Shown: in pieces, positions 17,955-27,218 of the stretch
How positions within the stretch are numbered: the stretch's first letter is position 1
How the letters are laid out: every line of letters starts with the position of its first letter
Assembly: GCA_046094845.1 (NCBI GenBank)
Contig: JBJTIE010000016.1
Location: forward strand, 1 to 41,073
Direction of reading: 5' to 3'
Origin: Planctomycetaceae bacterium
Lineage (GTDB): Bacteria > Planctomycetota > Planctomycetia > Pirellulales > UBA1268
Length of the DNA: 41,073 nt
Notes under the pieces: generated by a model
Seen by the model: only the letters and a program-made list of their open reading frames with translations
Databases searched by the model: none
What the model was told of the DNA's origin: nothing
Translations under genes and position numbers: made by a program

Positions 17955-18407
17955 ATGGCCGCCACCGTGAAAGAGACGATCGATCTGCTGCTCGAGAGCT
18001 ACAGCATGGAGCTCGAAACGGTGATCAACTACCTCGCCAACAGCGTGAACCTCGACGGGGTGCGGGCGGAGGAGATCAAGAAGTCCCTCGGCGCCGACGT
18101 GCCGGGCGAGATCGCCCACGCCCAGCAGCTCGCCAACCGCATCAAGCAGCTCGGCGGCCACATCCCGGGCTCGAAGTCCCTAACGATCGGCAAGCAGATC
18201 CAGCCCGTCGCCGACACCACCGACGTCGTCGGCGTGATCAAGAGCGTGATCGCCGCCGAGGAGACCGCCTGCGCCCAGTACAAGAAGATCATCAAGGCGG
18301 TCGAAGGCGAGGATTACGTCACGCAGGACCTCTGCATCCGCCTGCTCGCCGACGAGGAAGAGCACCTCGTGCAATTCAAGGGCTTCCTCAAGGAATACAG
18401 CAAGTAG
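17955..18407 (+). CDS. Ferritin-like (Dps/bacterioferritin superfamily) four-helix-bundle protein
   Basis: From ATG 17955 (GAGGAGAG upstream) the product has E..Y, E..H and EE.H type di-iron ligand spacing: SMELETVINY, GEIAHAQQLA, AEETACAQY and DEEEHLVQF. Confidence 0.7.
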   Translation: MAATVKETIDLLLESYSMELETVINYLANSVNLDGVRAEEIKKSLGADVPGEIAHAQQLANRIKQLGGHIPGSKSLTIGKQIQPVADTTDVVGVIKSVIAAEETACAQYKKIIKAVEGEDYVTQDLCIRLLADEEEHLVQFKGFLKEYSK

Positions 18408-18449
18408 GCTGCGAATACAGCAAGTAGGCCGCCCCGTCGCGGCGCGCGT

Positions 18450-19298
18450 CTACGAGAGAAACTCGTCGAGGGCGTCGCGGAGCATGTCGGGATCGGCATC
18501 CACGCCGAGCAGGGTGTGGATGTCGATCGCCGTCCGGGCGGCATGAATCTCCAGGCCGTCCACGATGCACGCTCCGGCCGCGGCGGCCTGCCTGACCACT
18601 GGTGATGGCGACGTGACGAGGGCGAGATCGGCGACCACGAGGTCGGCTCGCAGGCCGGTGAGCGTCGGTCCCTTCATCGCCTGACCATGGCTGCCGGGAT
18701 CGGGGCCCGTCGCGACGAGGATGTCGATGTCGGACGGCACGGCCAGGGAATCGTGCCATTCCAGCGGCGTTGCCGTGGCGGCGGCCGAGAGGCCGCCGAG
18801 TGCCTCGGCCAAGGCGGCGGCCCGGGCGGCGTCGGGATCCGCCACCACGATGCCCGCCGCCCCGGCGAGCGTCAGTTCCAGGGCGGTGGCCCGGCCTCGC
18901 GAGCCGGCGCCCAGCAGGAAAATCTTCGCGCCCGCCGGATCGACATGGCTTCTGACCGCCTCCACCACGCCCCGGCCATCCGTGATGTGGCCGGAGAGCG
19001 GGCCGGACTGCCGTTCCACGAGTGTCACCGCGCCGGCGAACGCGGCAGCCGGGCTCGTCGAGCCGACGAGCGGCAGGGCTGCTTCACGGAGCGGCCCCGA
19101 GAGGAGGCAGCCCTTGAACCCCATGGCGGCGACGCCCGCGAGCGCATCGGCGAGCCGCTCGGTGGCGACTTCCACGGTGAGGAATCGGACGTCGAGGCCA
19201 GCCGCCTCGATCGCCCGCTCGAAGAGGTACTGGGCGGGGTTGCCGGCCGCCGGACAGCCCAGCAGGGCGATGATCTCTTGCAACGCCGCGCTCGTCAT
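18450..19298 (-). CDS. Shikimate dehydrogenase-like protein (divergent AroE family)
   Basis: The overall layout matches AroE, with GFKGCLLSGPLRE, AGAVTLV, HITDGRG and a Rossmann motif FLLGAGSRGRA. Several canonical catalytic or substrate residues are substituted (see findings). Confidence 0.7.
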   Translation of the reverse strand: MTSAALQEIIALLGCPAAGNPAQYLFERAIEAAGLDVRFLTVEVATERLADALAGVAAMGFKGCLLSGPLREAALPLVGSTSPAAAFAGAVTLVERQSGPLSGHITDGRGVVEAVRSHVDPAGAKIFLLGAGSRGRATALELTLAGAAGIVVADPDAARAAALAEALGGLSAAATATPLEWHDSLAVPSDIDILVATGPDPGSHGQAMKGPTLTGLRADLVVADLALVTSPSPVVRQAAAAGACIVDGLEIHAARTAIDIHTLLGVDADPDMLRDALDEFLS

Positions 19299-19328
19299 GA
19301 CTGGCGGGCCCGGCTGCCGAGAAAGGAT

Positions 19329-19934
19329 TCACACGGTGACGCTGGTGGCGGCCACGAACCGCGGGTCACTTCGGATCGCGTCGAAGTCACGTTCATGGCC
19401 GGTGAGATCTCGAAACCGGTCGTCGATCGCGATGGCCCGCGTGAGGTGGTCGATCGCCACGGGCACGTTGCCGGCGAGCGAATGGTAGCAGGCCAGGTTG
19501 TAGTGCAGAACAGGCTGGTTGGGGAACGCCTCGAGTCCCTCGGCCAAGGCCGCGATCGCAGCCTGCAGCCGTTCGAGACGCTTCAGGCACCAGCCGATGC
19601 CGAGCCACGCCTCGAGGTGGGCGGGCGTCGCATGCGCGGCGCGGGTGAGCGGCGGGAGTGCCGCCTCCCACTCACCGAGCGCCCGGAGCGACTCTCCCTC
19701 CAGCAAGGCGGCCGCCGCGTCCCTGCGGTCGGCCTCGTCGAGCTGGCTCAATTCGGTGAGCGCCCGCCGAAAGAGACGGCAGGCCGACGGCGGGGCGGCT
19801 GACTCGCCTTCCAGCAGCAGTTCGCCGAGCTCGAGATAGCCGCTGGCCCGCCGCAGAATGACCCGCGGCTCCGGCACGAGCCGGCCACGGAGGTCGGGCG
19901 ATTGGGAAGGCTGAAGCTCTGGAGTGTGGTTCAT
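19329..19934 (-). CDS. TPR-repeat protein
   Basis: From ATG 19934 the product has TPR-like helical pairs (EAWLGIGWCLKRLERLQAAIAALAEGLEAFPNQPVLHYNLACYHSLAGNVPVAIDHLTRAIAID). Confidence 0.6.
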   Translation of the reverse strand: MNHTPELQPSQSPDLRGRLVPEPRVILRRASGYLELGELLLEGESAAPPSACRLFRRALTELSQLDEADRRDAAAALLEGESLRALGEWEAALPPLTRAAHATPAHLEAWLGIGWCLKRLERLQAAIAALAEGLEAFPNQPVLHYNLACYHSLAGNVPVAIDHLTRAIAIDDRFRDLTGHERDFDAIRSDPRFVAATSVTV

Positions 19935-20134
19935 GGCTGACTCGCCCGAGCGTCTCCGACCGCGGAATCCTAGCCGGATCCGGCCTCCAGCCCAATCCTC
20001 CGGCCGTCTGACTCCCGTGATCAGTACGCGGAGGCGGCCCGAATGGATCGCCACAATCCGGTCTGGCACACCGGAAAAATCCCCGGCACGAAATCTCCCC
20101 CGGCGGGCCACTATTCCCACGAGGAGACCGCCTG

Positions 20135-22375
20135 ATGCGACTGACGCTGCGAACCCTGTTGGCCTGGATGGATGGCGTGCTGCCGGCGGAGTCTGCCGGA
20201 CAGTTGGCCGAGAAAGTGGCCGGCAGTGCGGTCGCGCAGACGCTCGCCAATCGGATTCGTGACGTCGCGACCCGGCCCGCGATCGCCGCAGCTCCGCCCG
20301 AAGGCCGTGGCCTGGCGGCCGATCCGAATGCGGCCGCCGAGTTTCTCGACAACGTGCTGCCGGCCGAGAGGCTGGCCGCGTTCGAACGGGTGTGCATCGA
20401 GTCCGACATGCAACTCGCGGAAGTCGCCGACTGTCACCGGCTGCTTGCCGACCTCACGGCCGGCCGCGCCGTCGTCGGGGGGATCGATGCGTCGCTCGCC
20501 GAGCGGTTGCGGGCGATCGCCCTGTCCGAGCGTGCCGCCCCGGCCGCGCCGCCGACCGGGCGAGCGCCGCTCGACAGTGGGGCCATGCTGCCGGAAGGAT
20601 CGTTCGCCGACACCGTGTTCGTCAGCCCCGCGTCGGGAGACCGGGCGATCATGCCCGCTGCATCAGCCGGCACAGTGACGCGGGCGTGGCTGCTTGCCGG
20701 CTCGGCCGCCGCCGTGCTCATCTGCCTTCTCGGGGTGCTCGGCTGGTCGCTGGCGGGGGGCGGGCGACGGGAGGTGGCGGTGCGTGTTCCAGCCGCCGTC
20801 GCGCCGCCGCTGGTCGGTGAGTCGCTGCCCGAGGAACCGGCGAATCCTGCCGCCGGCGCCGAGGCCCCCGCGGTCGCTGGAGCGCCGCCCGCTGTGACGG
20901 TGGATGGGCCGCCGGTCGAGTCCGCTGCGCCGGCGGCCCCGTCGCCCGCTGACGCGCCTTCGATCGCGGTTCCTGAATCGTCGCCCGATCCCGAGCGGGC
21001 GGCGGCGTCCTCCGCGGAACAGCCGCCGGCAACCGGCCCGCCCCCCATGGCCATCGCCCCTCGTGTGCCGCAAGGGGAGGCGCTCGCGATCGCGGCGGCT
21101 CCAACGCCGGCGGTGCCGGTCGTGCCGCAGCCGACTCCGGAGCAGCCTGCGTCTCCGCCGGCAGCCGGCGAAACGCCGCCAGCGGTGGTCGCGGGGCCAT
21201 TCGTCTTGCTCGTCGGCGCTGGCGCCGCGCCGCAGCAGTCACTGGTGTGGCAGGCGCGAGCCGCGGCGGCGGAGATCCCGCTGCCGGCAGAACTCGTGTC
21301 GCCCCCCTTCAGTCAACCGGAGCTCGTCGTCGGCCGGCTGCGCATCCGGTTCGGGCCGGGCACGCGGGCCGCCGTCATGCCAGATGCCGACGGCACCGTG
21401 CGGCTGGAGGTGTTATTCGGCCGTGCGATCGTGGTGGCGGAGGATCCTGGAGCGCGGCTGGGCATCTCGGCGGCCGGTCTCGTGGGGCGTGTTGGCGATG
21501 GACTGGAGGCGTCACTGGGCGTGGAGGTCGCGCTCGACCGCGAACCCGGCTCCGATCCTGCGGTTGTCGCCGCGACCCGCCGGGCCCGACTCGTGTCGGC
21601 GGGTGACATCGAGTGGGAGCAGACGGCGGAGGATGGCGGGCCTCCGCAGCAGCTGCTCCGTGGCTTCGATCCGGCGGGCCGCGTCCCAGCGGGCACCCTG
21701 GTCGAATGGTCGTCTGCCAACGCCGACACGGCGATGGCGACTCGCGTGGCCGCCCTGCCCGGCTGGGTGGCGGGCAGCGCTGACATCGAGGCCGCCGAGC
21801 GGCAGGCGGCAGTGGCCCTGGCCAGCCGGCTGCCGGCCGATGGGCCGGTGCAGCCCGCACTCGAACGGCTCGCCGCCGATCCGCGGGGCGAACAGCGAGT
21901 TCTGGCGGCTGCGACACTCGCCCTGCTCGGCGACTACGCCGAGGCCGTGCGGCAGCTCTCGGCCGAAGATCGCGGGCGCGAGCTCTATGCGGGCCAGTGG
22001 TCGAAGCTCGAATCGCTCACCGTGCCGCCGGCGCTCGCCCGCGGTGCGAACGCGGCGGCGCGGCTCGCCAAGGCGTTTGCGGACCATGCTCCAGCCGGCA
22101 CTGCAGAGTCGCTCACGCGTCTGGCCCTCGGCTTCTCGCCGACGGATCTTGCCGCGGGGGCCGACGCATGGCTGGTCGACGCGCTCGAGGATCGGCACCT
22201 GGTCGTTCGTCGCTATGCGTTTCAGCGGCTGACGGAGCTCGTGAATCCCGCCGCGGTCGATCGGCTCCGCTATCGGCCCGACGGCCGGCCCGAGCAGCGC
22301 CGCGAAGGCGTCGAGTGGTGGCGGCGGCAGCAGGAGGAGGGGCGGCTCCGCGGAGTGGCACCGGCTCCGCGGTAA
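20135..22375 (+). CDS. Large membrane-anchored protein with an anti-sigma-like N-terminal region, one TM helix, a Pro/Ala-rich linker and a helical-repeat C-terminus
   Basis: The N-terminus carries LRTLLAWMDGVLPAE and FLDNVLPAERLAAFERVCIESDMQLAEVADCHRLL, resembling zf-HC2 anti-sigma N-domains. The TM helix is AWLLAGSAAAVLICLLGVLGW. A long PA-rich stretch follows, and the C-terminus has HEAT-like features (DRHLVVRRYAFQRL). Confidence 0.55.
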   Translation: MRLTLRTLLAWMDGVLPAESAGQLAEKVAGSAVAQTLANRIRDVATRPAIAAAPPEGRGLAADPNAAAEFLDNVLPAERLAAFERVCIESDMQLAEVADCHRLLADLTAGRAVVGGIDASLAERLRAIALSERAAPAAPPTGRAPLDSGAMLPEGSFADTVFVSPASGDRAIMPAASAGTVTRAWLLAGSAAAVLICLLGVLGWSLAGGGRREVAVRVPAAVAPPLVGESLPEEPANPAAGAEAPAVAGAPPAVTVDGPPVESAAPAAPSPADAPSIAVPESSPDPERAAASSAEQPPATGPPPMAIAPRVPQGEALAIAAAPTPAVPVVPQPTPEQPASPPAAGETPPAVVAGPFVLLVGAGAAPQQSLVWQARAAAAEIPLPAELVSPPFSQPELVVGRLRIRFGPGTRAAVMPDADGTVRLEVLFGRAIVVAEDPGARLGISAAGLVGRVGDGLEASLGVEVALDREPGSDPAVVAATRRARLVSAGDIEWEQTAEDGGPPQQLLRGFDPAGRVPAGTLVEWSSANADTAMATRVAALPGWVAGSADIEAAERQAAVALASRLPADGPVQPALERLAADPRGEQRVLAAATLALLGDYAEAVRQLSAEDRGRELYAGQWSKLESLTVPPALARGANAAARLAKAFADHAPAGTAESLTRLALGFSPTDLAAGADAWLVDALEDRHLVVRRYAFQRLTELVNPAAVDRLRYRPDGRPEQRREGVEWWRRQQEEGRLRGVAPAPR

Positions 22376-22548
22376 GGGCTGGCGGCGGTCGGGCAGGCGT
22401 TTCCACCGTGCATGCCGCGCGTGGTTTGTGTGCCTGGAGAGGCCGGTGATATGCTTCGCTCACGATTGTGATCGGGTTCCGGCGATGCCGGTCCGAACCG
22501 GTTTTTCACACAACGCACGACATAATTCCCCGGCGAGGGCTGTTCAGG

Positions 22549-22869
22549 GTGCAAATCAATGTTTCCGCGCGGCACGGGCATTTGAGCCCGGCGTCGCAGT
22601 CGAAGATCGCGAGCAAGGTGTCCCGGCTGAAGCGGTATTTCAACCGCCTGACGGCCCTCAATGTGACCGTCGATCTCGAGAATTCGGCCCTGCCGACCGT
22701 CGAAATCATCGCCTCGGCGGAGCACTTCCACGAGATGGTCGCCAAGGAGCATGCCGCCCAGTTGTGGCGGAGCGTCGATGGGGCGGTGCAGAAGCTGGAG
22801 CAGCAACTCCGCAAGCACAAGGAAAAGACTCGCGACCACAAGCACGTGCACAACACCCGTCGCGACTGA
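22549..22869 (+). CDS. hpf: Ribosome hibernation promoting factor (short HPF/RaiA family)
   Basis: From GTG 22549 the product reads VQINVSARHGHLSPASQSKIASKVSRLKRYFNRL..VTVDLE, the typical sigma54-modulation/S30EA pattern. It is followed by ptsN, as in many bacteria. Confidence 0.8.
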   Translation: MQINVSARHGHLSPASQSKIASKVSRLKRYFNRLTALNVTVDLENSALPTVEIIASAEHFHEMVAKEHAAQLWRSVDGAVQKLEQQLRKHKEKTRDHKHVHNTRRD

Positions 22870-22928
22870 TCGCGTGCCGTCGCACGCCCTGCGTTCCTCC
22901 CGACACGCCTCCCCGACAACCAATTCGT

Positions 22929-23405
22929 ATGAAGTTTTCAGATTTCGTCGCGACCGACGCCATTCGTGCCCAGGTGAAAGCTGGCACCAAGGAGGGCGTG
23001 ATTCGCGAAATGGTGCAGGCCCTCGTGGAAGCCAACCGGATCACGGCCGGCGACCAGGAGAGCATCGTCAAGGCGATCATGAAGCGGGAGGATCTCGGGA
23101 GCACCGGAATCGGCCGTGGCGTGGCGGTGCCCCACACCAAGCACCCGAGCGTGAACCGGCTGGTGGGAACAGTGGCGGTGAGCCCGACGGGCATCGAATT
23201 CGAGAGCCTCGACGGCGATCCTGTGCAGCTCTTCTTTCTGCTCGTTTCGCCCCCCGATCGGCCCGGCGATCACCTGCGGGCACTGGAGAGCATCTCGCGG
23301 CAGCTTCGCGACGAGTCGTTCTGCAAGCTACTGAAGTCGGCCAAGGGGCCTGTGGAGATCCAGCACCTGCTCGAGGAGGCCGACAGCCAGGGAGTGGTGT
23401 CGTGA
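22929..23405 (+). CDS. ptsN: PTS EIIA-Ntr (nitrogen regulatory IIA)
   Basis: It has the PTS_EIIA_2 pattern with active-site context GIGRGVAVPHTKH, and VQLFFLLVSP. Confidence 0.85.
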   Translation: MKFSDFVATDAIRAQVKAGTKEGVIREMVQALVEANRITAGDQESIVKAIMKREDLGSTGIGRGVAVPHTKHPSVNRLVGTVAVSPTGIEFESLDGDPVQLFFLLVSPPDRPGDHLRALESISRQLRDESFCKLLKSAKGPVEIQHLLEEADSQGVVS

Positions 23406-23416
23406 GCGGCTCCGAC

Positions 23417-23716
23417 ATGGCTGGCGCGCAGACGTTGACCCGCGAGGTCGTGGTGGCCAACAGCCAGGGTCTGCATGCTCGGCCTGCCGACATGTTGGCC
23501 CGCGAGGCGCGGAAGTGGCAGTCGCGGATCGAGCTCGTCGGCGAGGCGCAGCGGGTCGACGGCAAGAGCATCCTCGACGTGCTCACGCTCGCGGCCGAGG
23601 CCGGGACGCGGCTGGTGGTCGAGGCGACGGGGCCCGACGCCCACGAGGCCCTCGAGGCCATTGGCGGACTTTTCGAACGCAAATTCAACGAACACGGAAC
23701 CGAGCAGACATCCTGA
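23417..23716 (+). CDS. ptsH: HPr/NPr phosphocarrier protein
   Basis: The active-site His context is NSQGLHARPA, and the regulatory Ser context is DGKSILDVLTL. The product is 99 aa. Confidence 0.85.
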   Translation: MAGAQTLTREVVVANSQGLHARPADMLAREARKWQSRIELVGEAQRVDGKSILDVLTLAAEAGTRLVVEATGPDAHEALEAIGGLFERKFNEHGTEQTS

Positions 23717-23747
23717 CCGACGGCTGCCGGCGGGCGGCACGCGCCCC

Positions 23748-25487
23748 ATGCTGAAACTTCAAGGCATCGCCGTTTCGCCCGGCGTCACGATCGGAGAGGC
23801 GCTCGTCCTCGACAGCGAGGGATTTCGCATCCCCCGACGGTTCGTCGAGCGCAGTGCCGTCGACACGGAGTTGGCCCGCCTCGCCCATGCGATCGGCGAG
23901 ACGGCCCGCGAGATGGAGCGCAACCGCGATGCGATCCGGTCCGAGCTGGGCGAGCAGTATGCCGCCATCTTCGAGGCCCACCTCGCGATGCTGCACGACG
24001 AGAAGCTGCAGCGGGAGCTGCAGACCGCCGTCCGCGATCGCAACTGGTGGCCGGAATACGCTGTGAGCCGCACGCTCCGCCGCTACGCAAAGGTGTTTCA
24101 GAGCCTCGACAACCACATCTCGCAGCGGGCCCACGACATCTACGACATCGAGAAGAGCCTGCTCCGCAACCTTCTCGGTCAGCGGCGGGAAACGCTCGCA
24201 GCGATCTCGCAGCCGGTGATCGTGCTGGCCCACAACCTCACGCCGAGCGAGACGGCCACGCTCGACCGCCGGTTCGTGAAGGGCTTCGCCACCGAGCTCG
24301 GCGGTCCGGGCAGCCATACGGCGATCGTGGCCGAGGGGCTGGAGATTCCGGCCGTCGTGGGCGTGGGGCCGTTTCTCGCCGACGTCTCGGGTGGCGAGCC
24401 GGTGATCCTCGACGGTAATCAGGGGCTCGTCATCCTCCAGCCCGACGAGGAGACGATCGCCCGCTACCGCCAGGAGCTCGAGGCCGCGCAGACCGTGGCG
24501 GACCAGCTCAAGGAGCTCCGCGACCTGCCGGCCGAGACGACCGACGGCGTGCGGATCCAGCTCACGGGGAACATCGAATTTCCCAGCGAGGCCGAGCACT
24601 GCCTTGCCCGAGGCTGCGACGGCATCGGCCTCTACCGCACCGAGTTTCTCTATCTCGCCTCGAAGACCGAGCCGACGGAAGACGACCACTTCGCCGCCTA
24701 CGCGGAGGTGGTGCAGGCCATGGCGGGGCGGCCGGTGGTGATCCGCACGCTCGATCTCGGCGCCGACAAGATGCACGCGCCGCTCAACATCGAGGAGGAG
24801 CGGAATCCCTGTCTCGGCCTGCGGAGCATCCGGCTCTCGCTGCGGCAGCTGCCGATGTTCCGCACGCAGTTGCGGGCGATTCTTCGGGCCAGCGCCCTGG
24901 GCGACGTGCGGGTGATGTTTCCCCTGATCTCGACGATCGTCGAGCTTCGGCAGGCGCGGATGGTGCTCGCCGACGTCATGGAAGACCTCGCCGAGCACGG
25001 CATCGCATTCAACCGCAAGATGCCGGTGGGCATGATGGTGGAGACCCCGGCCGCCGTGATGATGCTCGATACCTTCATCAAGGAGGTCGACTTCGTCTCG
25101 ATCGGCACCAACGATCTGATCCAGTACACGCTGGCGGTCGACCGGGGCAACAAGGACGTGGCGGAACTGTACAACGCCTGCGATCCGGCGGTCTTGCGGC
25201 TGTTGCGCCGCTCGCTGGACGTGGCTCGTGAGGCCGGCGTGCCGGCCAATGTGTGCGGTCAGATGAGCGGCAGCGTGATGTTCACGCAGCTGCTTCTGGG
25301 ACTGGGCCTGCGGCAGCTGAGCGTGCCGCCGAGCGCCATCCCGGAGGTGAAGCAGGTGTGCCGAAGCGTTTCGGTCGCCGAATGCCGCCTGATCGCCGAG
25401 AAGGCGCTGGCGATGGATGGTGCGCGGGAGGTGAAGGCCTACCTGCGCGACCAGTTGCGCCGCCGGCTGGCCCAGGCGGTCGCCTGA
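23748..25487 (+). CDS. ptsI: Phosphoenolpyruvate-protein phosphotransferase (Enzyme I)
   Basis: From ATG 23748 the product has the phospho-His context GGPGSHTAIVAEGLEIPAVVG, plus GIGLYRTEFLY, IRTLDLGADK and FVSIGTNDLIQYTLAVDR. There is no N-terminal GAF domain. Confidence 0.9.
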   Translation: MLKLQGIAVSPGVTIGEALVLDSEGFRIPRRFVERSAVDTELARLAHAIGETAREMERNRDAIRSELGEQYAAIFEAHLAMLHDEKLQRELQTAVRDRNWWPEYAVSRTLRRYAKVFQSLDNHISQRAHDIYDIEKSLLRNLLGQRRETLAAISQPVIVLAHNLTPSETATLDRRFVKGFATELGGPGSHTAIVAEGLEIPAVVGVGPFLADVSGGEPVILDGNQGLVILQPDEETIARYRQELEAAQTVADQLKELRDLPAETTDGVRIQLTGNIEFPSEAEHCLARGCDGIGLYRTEFLYLASKTEPTEDDHFAAYAEVVQAMAGRPVVIRTLDLGADKMHAPLNIEEERNPCLGLRSIRLSLRQLPMFRTQLRAILRASALGDVRVMFPLISTIVELRQARMVLADVMEDLAEHGIAFNRKMPVGMMVETPAAVMMLDTFIKEVDFVSIGTNDLIQYTLAVDRGNKDVAELYNACDPAVLRLLRRSLDVAREAGVPANVCGQMSGSVMFTQLLLGLGLRQLSVPPSAIPEVKQVCRSVSVAECRLIAEKALAMDGAREVKAYLRDQLRRRLAQAVA

Positions 25488-25515
25488 AGGCGGCCCCAAT
25501 CAGGAAGGAAACGAG

Positions 25516-27123
25516 ATGAAACAGGAAATGCTGATCAATGTGTCGCAGCCGGAGGAATGCCGGATCGCGATCATGGAAGACGGGGTGCTGGAGGAGCTCT
25601 ACGTGGAGCGGACCAGCCAGGACAACCTCGTCGGCAACATCTACAAGGGGCGGATCGTCAACATCGAGCCGTCGATCCAGGCGGCATTCGTCGATTTCGG
25701 CGTGGGCCGCAACGGCTTTCTCCATATCAGCGACGTGGAGCCGCAGTACTACCGGCAGGGCGGCCTCGACCCCGACAAGGCCTTCGATGTGGCCGAGCCG
25801 GCCGGCCGTGCCGAGTCGGAGGAAGGGGATGCAGGGCAGCGGACGGCCACCCGGCGGAAGCCCCGGCTCGGCGACCGGCCGCGGGTGAAGCCCCCGATCC
25901 AAGACATCCTCCGTCGCGGTGACGAGGTGCTCGTGCAGGTGATCAAGGAGGGATTCGGCACCAAGGGGCCGACGCTCTCCACCTACATCTCGATCCCCGG
26001 CCGCTACCTCGTGCTCATGCCGCCGCTTGGCCGCGTTGGTATCTCGAAGAAGATCGACGACGAGCGGGACCGCCGCGTGCTCCGCGACATCATGCTCGAC
26101 CTGCAGCCGCCGAAGGGCGTGGGCTTCGTGGTGCGGACCGCCGGCACGGAGCGGACGAAGTCGGAGATGGCCCGCGACATGGCCTACCTCCTCAACCTCT
26201 GGAAGAGCATCGTGCGGCGGATGCGGAAGTATTCCGCGCCGATCGACATCTACCAGGAAAGCGACATGATCATCCGCACGATCCGTGACATGTTCACGGA
26301 GGACGTGGGGCGGATCCTGATCGATGAACCGGCCGCCTATGAGCGGGCCCGCGAGTTCCTCGAGTTGGTGATGCCGAAGTATGCCCCGCGGCTGCAGCTC
26401 TACGAGGGCAAGGAGCCGCTCTTCCACCGCTACGGGCTGGAGGAGGAGATCGGTCGGATCCATCAGCGGAAGGTGCCGCTCAAGGGGGGCGGGTCGATCG
26501 TGATCGACCAGACCGAGGCCCTCGTGGCGATCGACGTCAACTCGGGCAGCTTCCGCACGGAGAAGAGCGCCGAGGAGAACGCGTATCAGATGAATCTGAT
26601 CGCCGCGAAGGAGATCGCCCGGCAGTTGCGGCTCCGCGATCTCGGCGGCGTGATCGTCAACGACTTCATCGACATGCGGAAGGAGAAGTATCGCCGCGGT
26701 GTCGAGAAGGCCCTTCACGACGCGATGAAGCGAGACCGGGCCCGCACGAAGATCCTGCGGACGAGCCCGTTCGGCCTCATCGAGATGACGCGGCAGCGGA
26801 TTCGGCCGTCGCTCCGGAAGAGCATCTTCCGCGACTGCCCCACCTGCACCGGCACGGGCACGGTGAAGACGGCCGAGAGCATGGCGATCGAGGTGATGCG
26901 AACGCTCCACCTCTCCGCCACGCGGGATGACGTGGCCCGGCTCAACATAACCGTCCATGACGAGGTGGCGACCTGGCTCAACAACCGCAAGCGGCGTGAG
27001 ATCACCCAGTTCGAGGACGAGACCCACATCCAGCTGCACGTGGACGGCAAGGACGGCGTATCGCCCGAGCACCTCGTCTTCGAGGCCTGGGACGCCAACG
27101 GCCGCAGCGTGCGTTTTCCGTAG
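25516..27123 (+). CDS. rng: Ribonuclease E/G family endoribonuclease
   Basis: The S1 region reads GNIYKGRIVNIEPSIQAAFVDFG..GFLHISD. The motifs TEALVAIDVNSG and IVNDFIDM are present, along with a Zn-link CPTCTGTG. Confidence 0.9.
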   Translation: MKQEMLINVSQPEECRIAIMEDGVLEELYVERTSQDNLVGNIYKGRIVNIEPSIQAAFVDFGVGRNGFLHISDVEPQYYRQGGLDPDKAFDVAEPAGRAESEEGDAGQRTATRRKPRLGDRPRVKPPIQDILRRGDEVLVQVIKEGFGTKGPTLSTYISIPGRYLVLMPPLGRVGISKKIDDERDRRVLRDIMLDLQPPKGVGFVVRTAGTERTKSEMARDMAYLLNLWKSIVRRMRKYSAPIDIYQESDMIIRTIRDMFTEDVGRILIDEPAAYERAREFLELVMPKYAPRLQLYEGKEPLFHRYGLEEEIGRIHQRKVPLKGGGSIVIDQTEALVAIDVNSGSFRTEKSAEENAYQMNLIAAKEIARQLRLRDLGGVIVNDFIDMRKEKYRRGVEKALHDAMKRDRARTKILRTSPFGLIEMTRQRIRPSLRKSIFRDCPTCTGTGTVKTAESMAIEVMRTLHLSATRDDVARLNITVHDEVATWLNNRKRREITQFEDETHIQLHVDGKDGVSPEHLVFEAWDANGRSVRFP

Positions 27124-27218
27124 GTTTTTCAGACCTCTCGACCGGTGATAACCGGGGAGATATCCTCTGGGGCTCTCCGTTGTCGTCCCCCTCACCCGTT
27201 CCTGACCGGATTCGAATC

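Noticed and set aside
25735-25940. A charged insertion of about 30 aa in the S1 domain region of RNase E/G (EPAGRAESEEGDAGQRTATRRKPRLGDRPR).
   Set aside because: Variable low-complexity loops at this position are common in the RNase E/G family, and I could judge it only by eye against E. coli RNase G. It is not distinctive enough to flag.
23685-27195. Two long minus-strand ORFs (23685-25499 and 25282-27195).
   Set aside because: They are antisense to ptsI and RNase E/G, both of which carry unmistakable catalytic motifs. The antisense translations are low-complexity.
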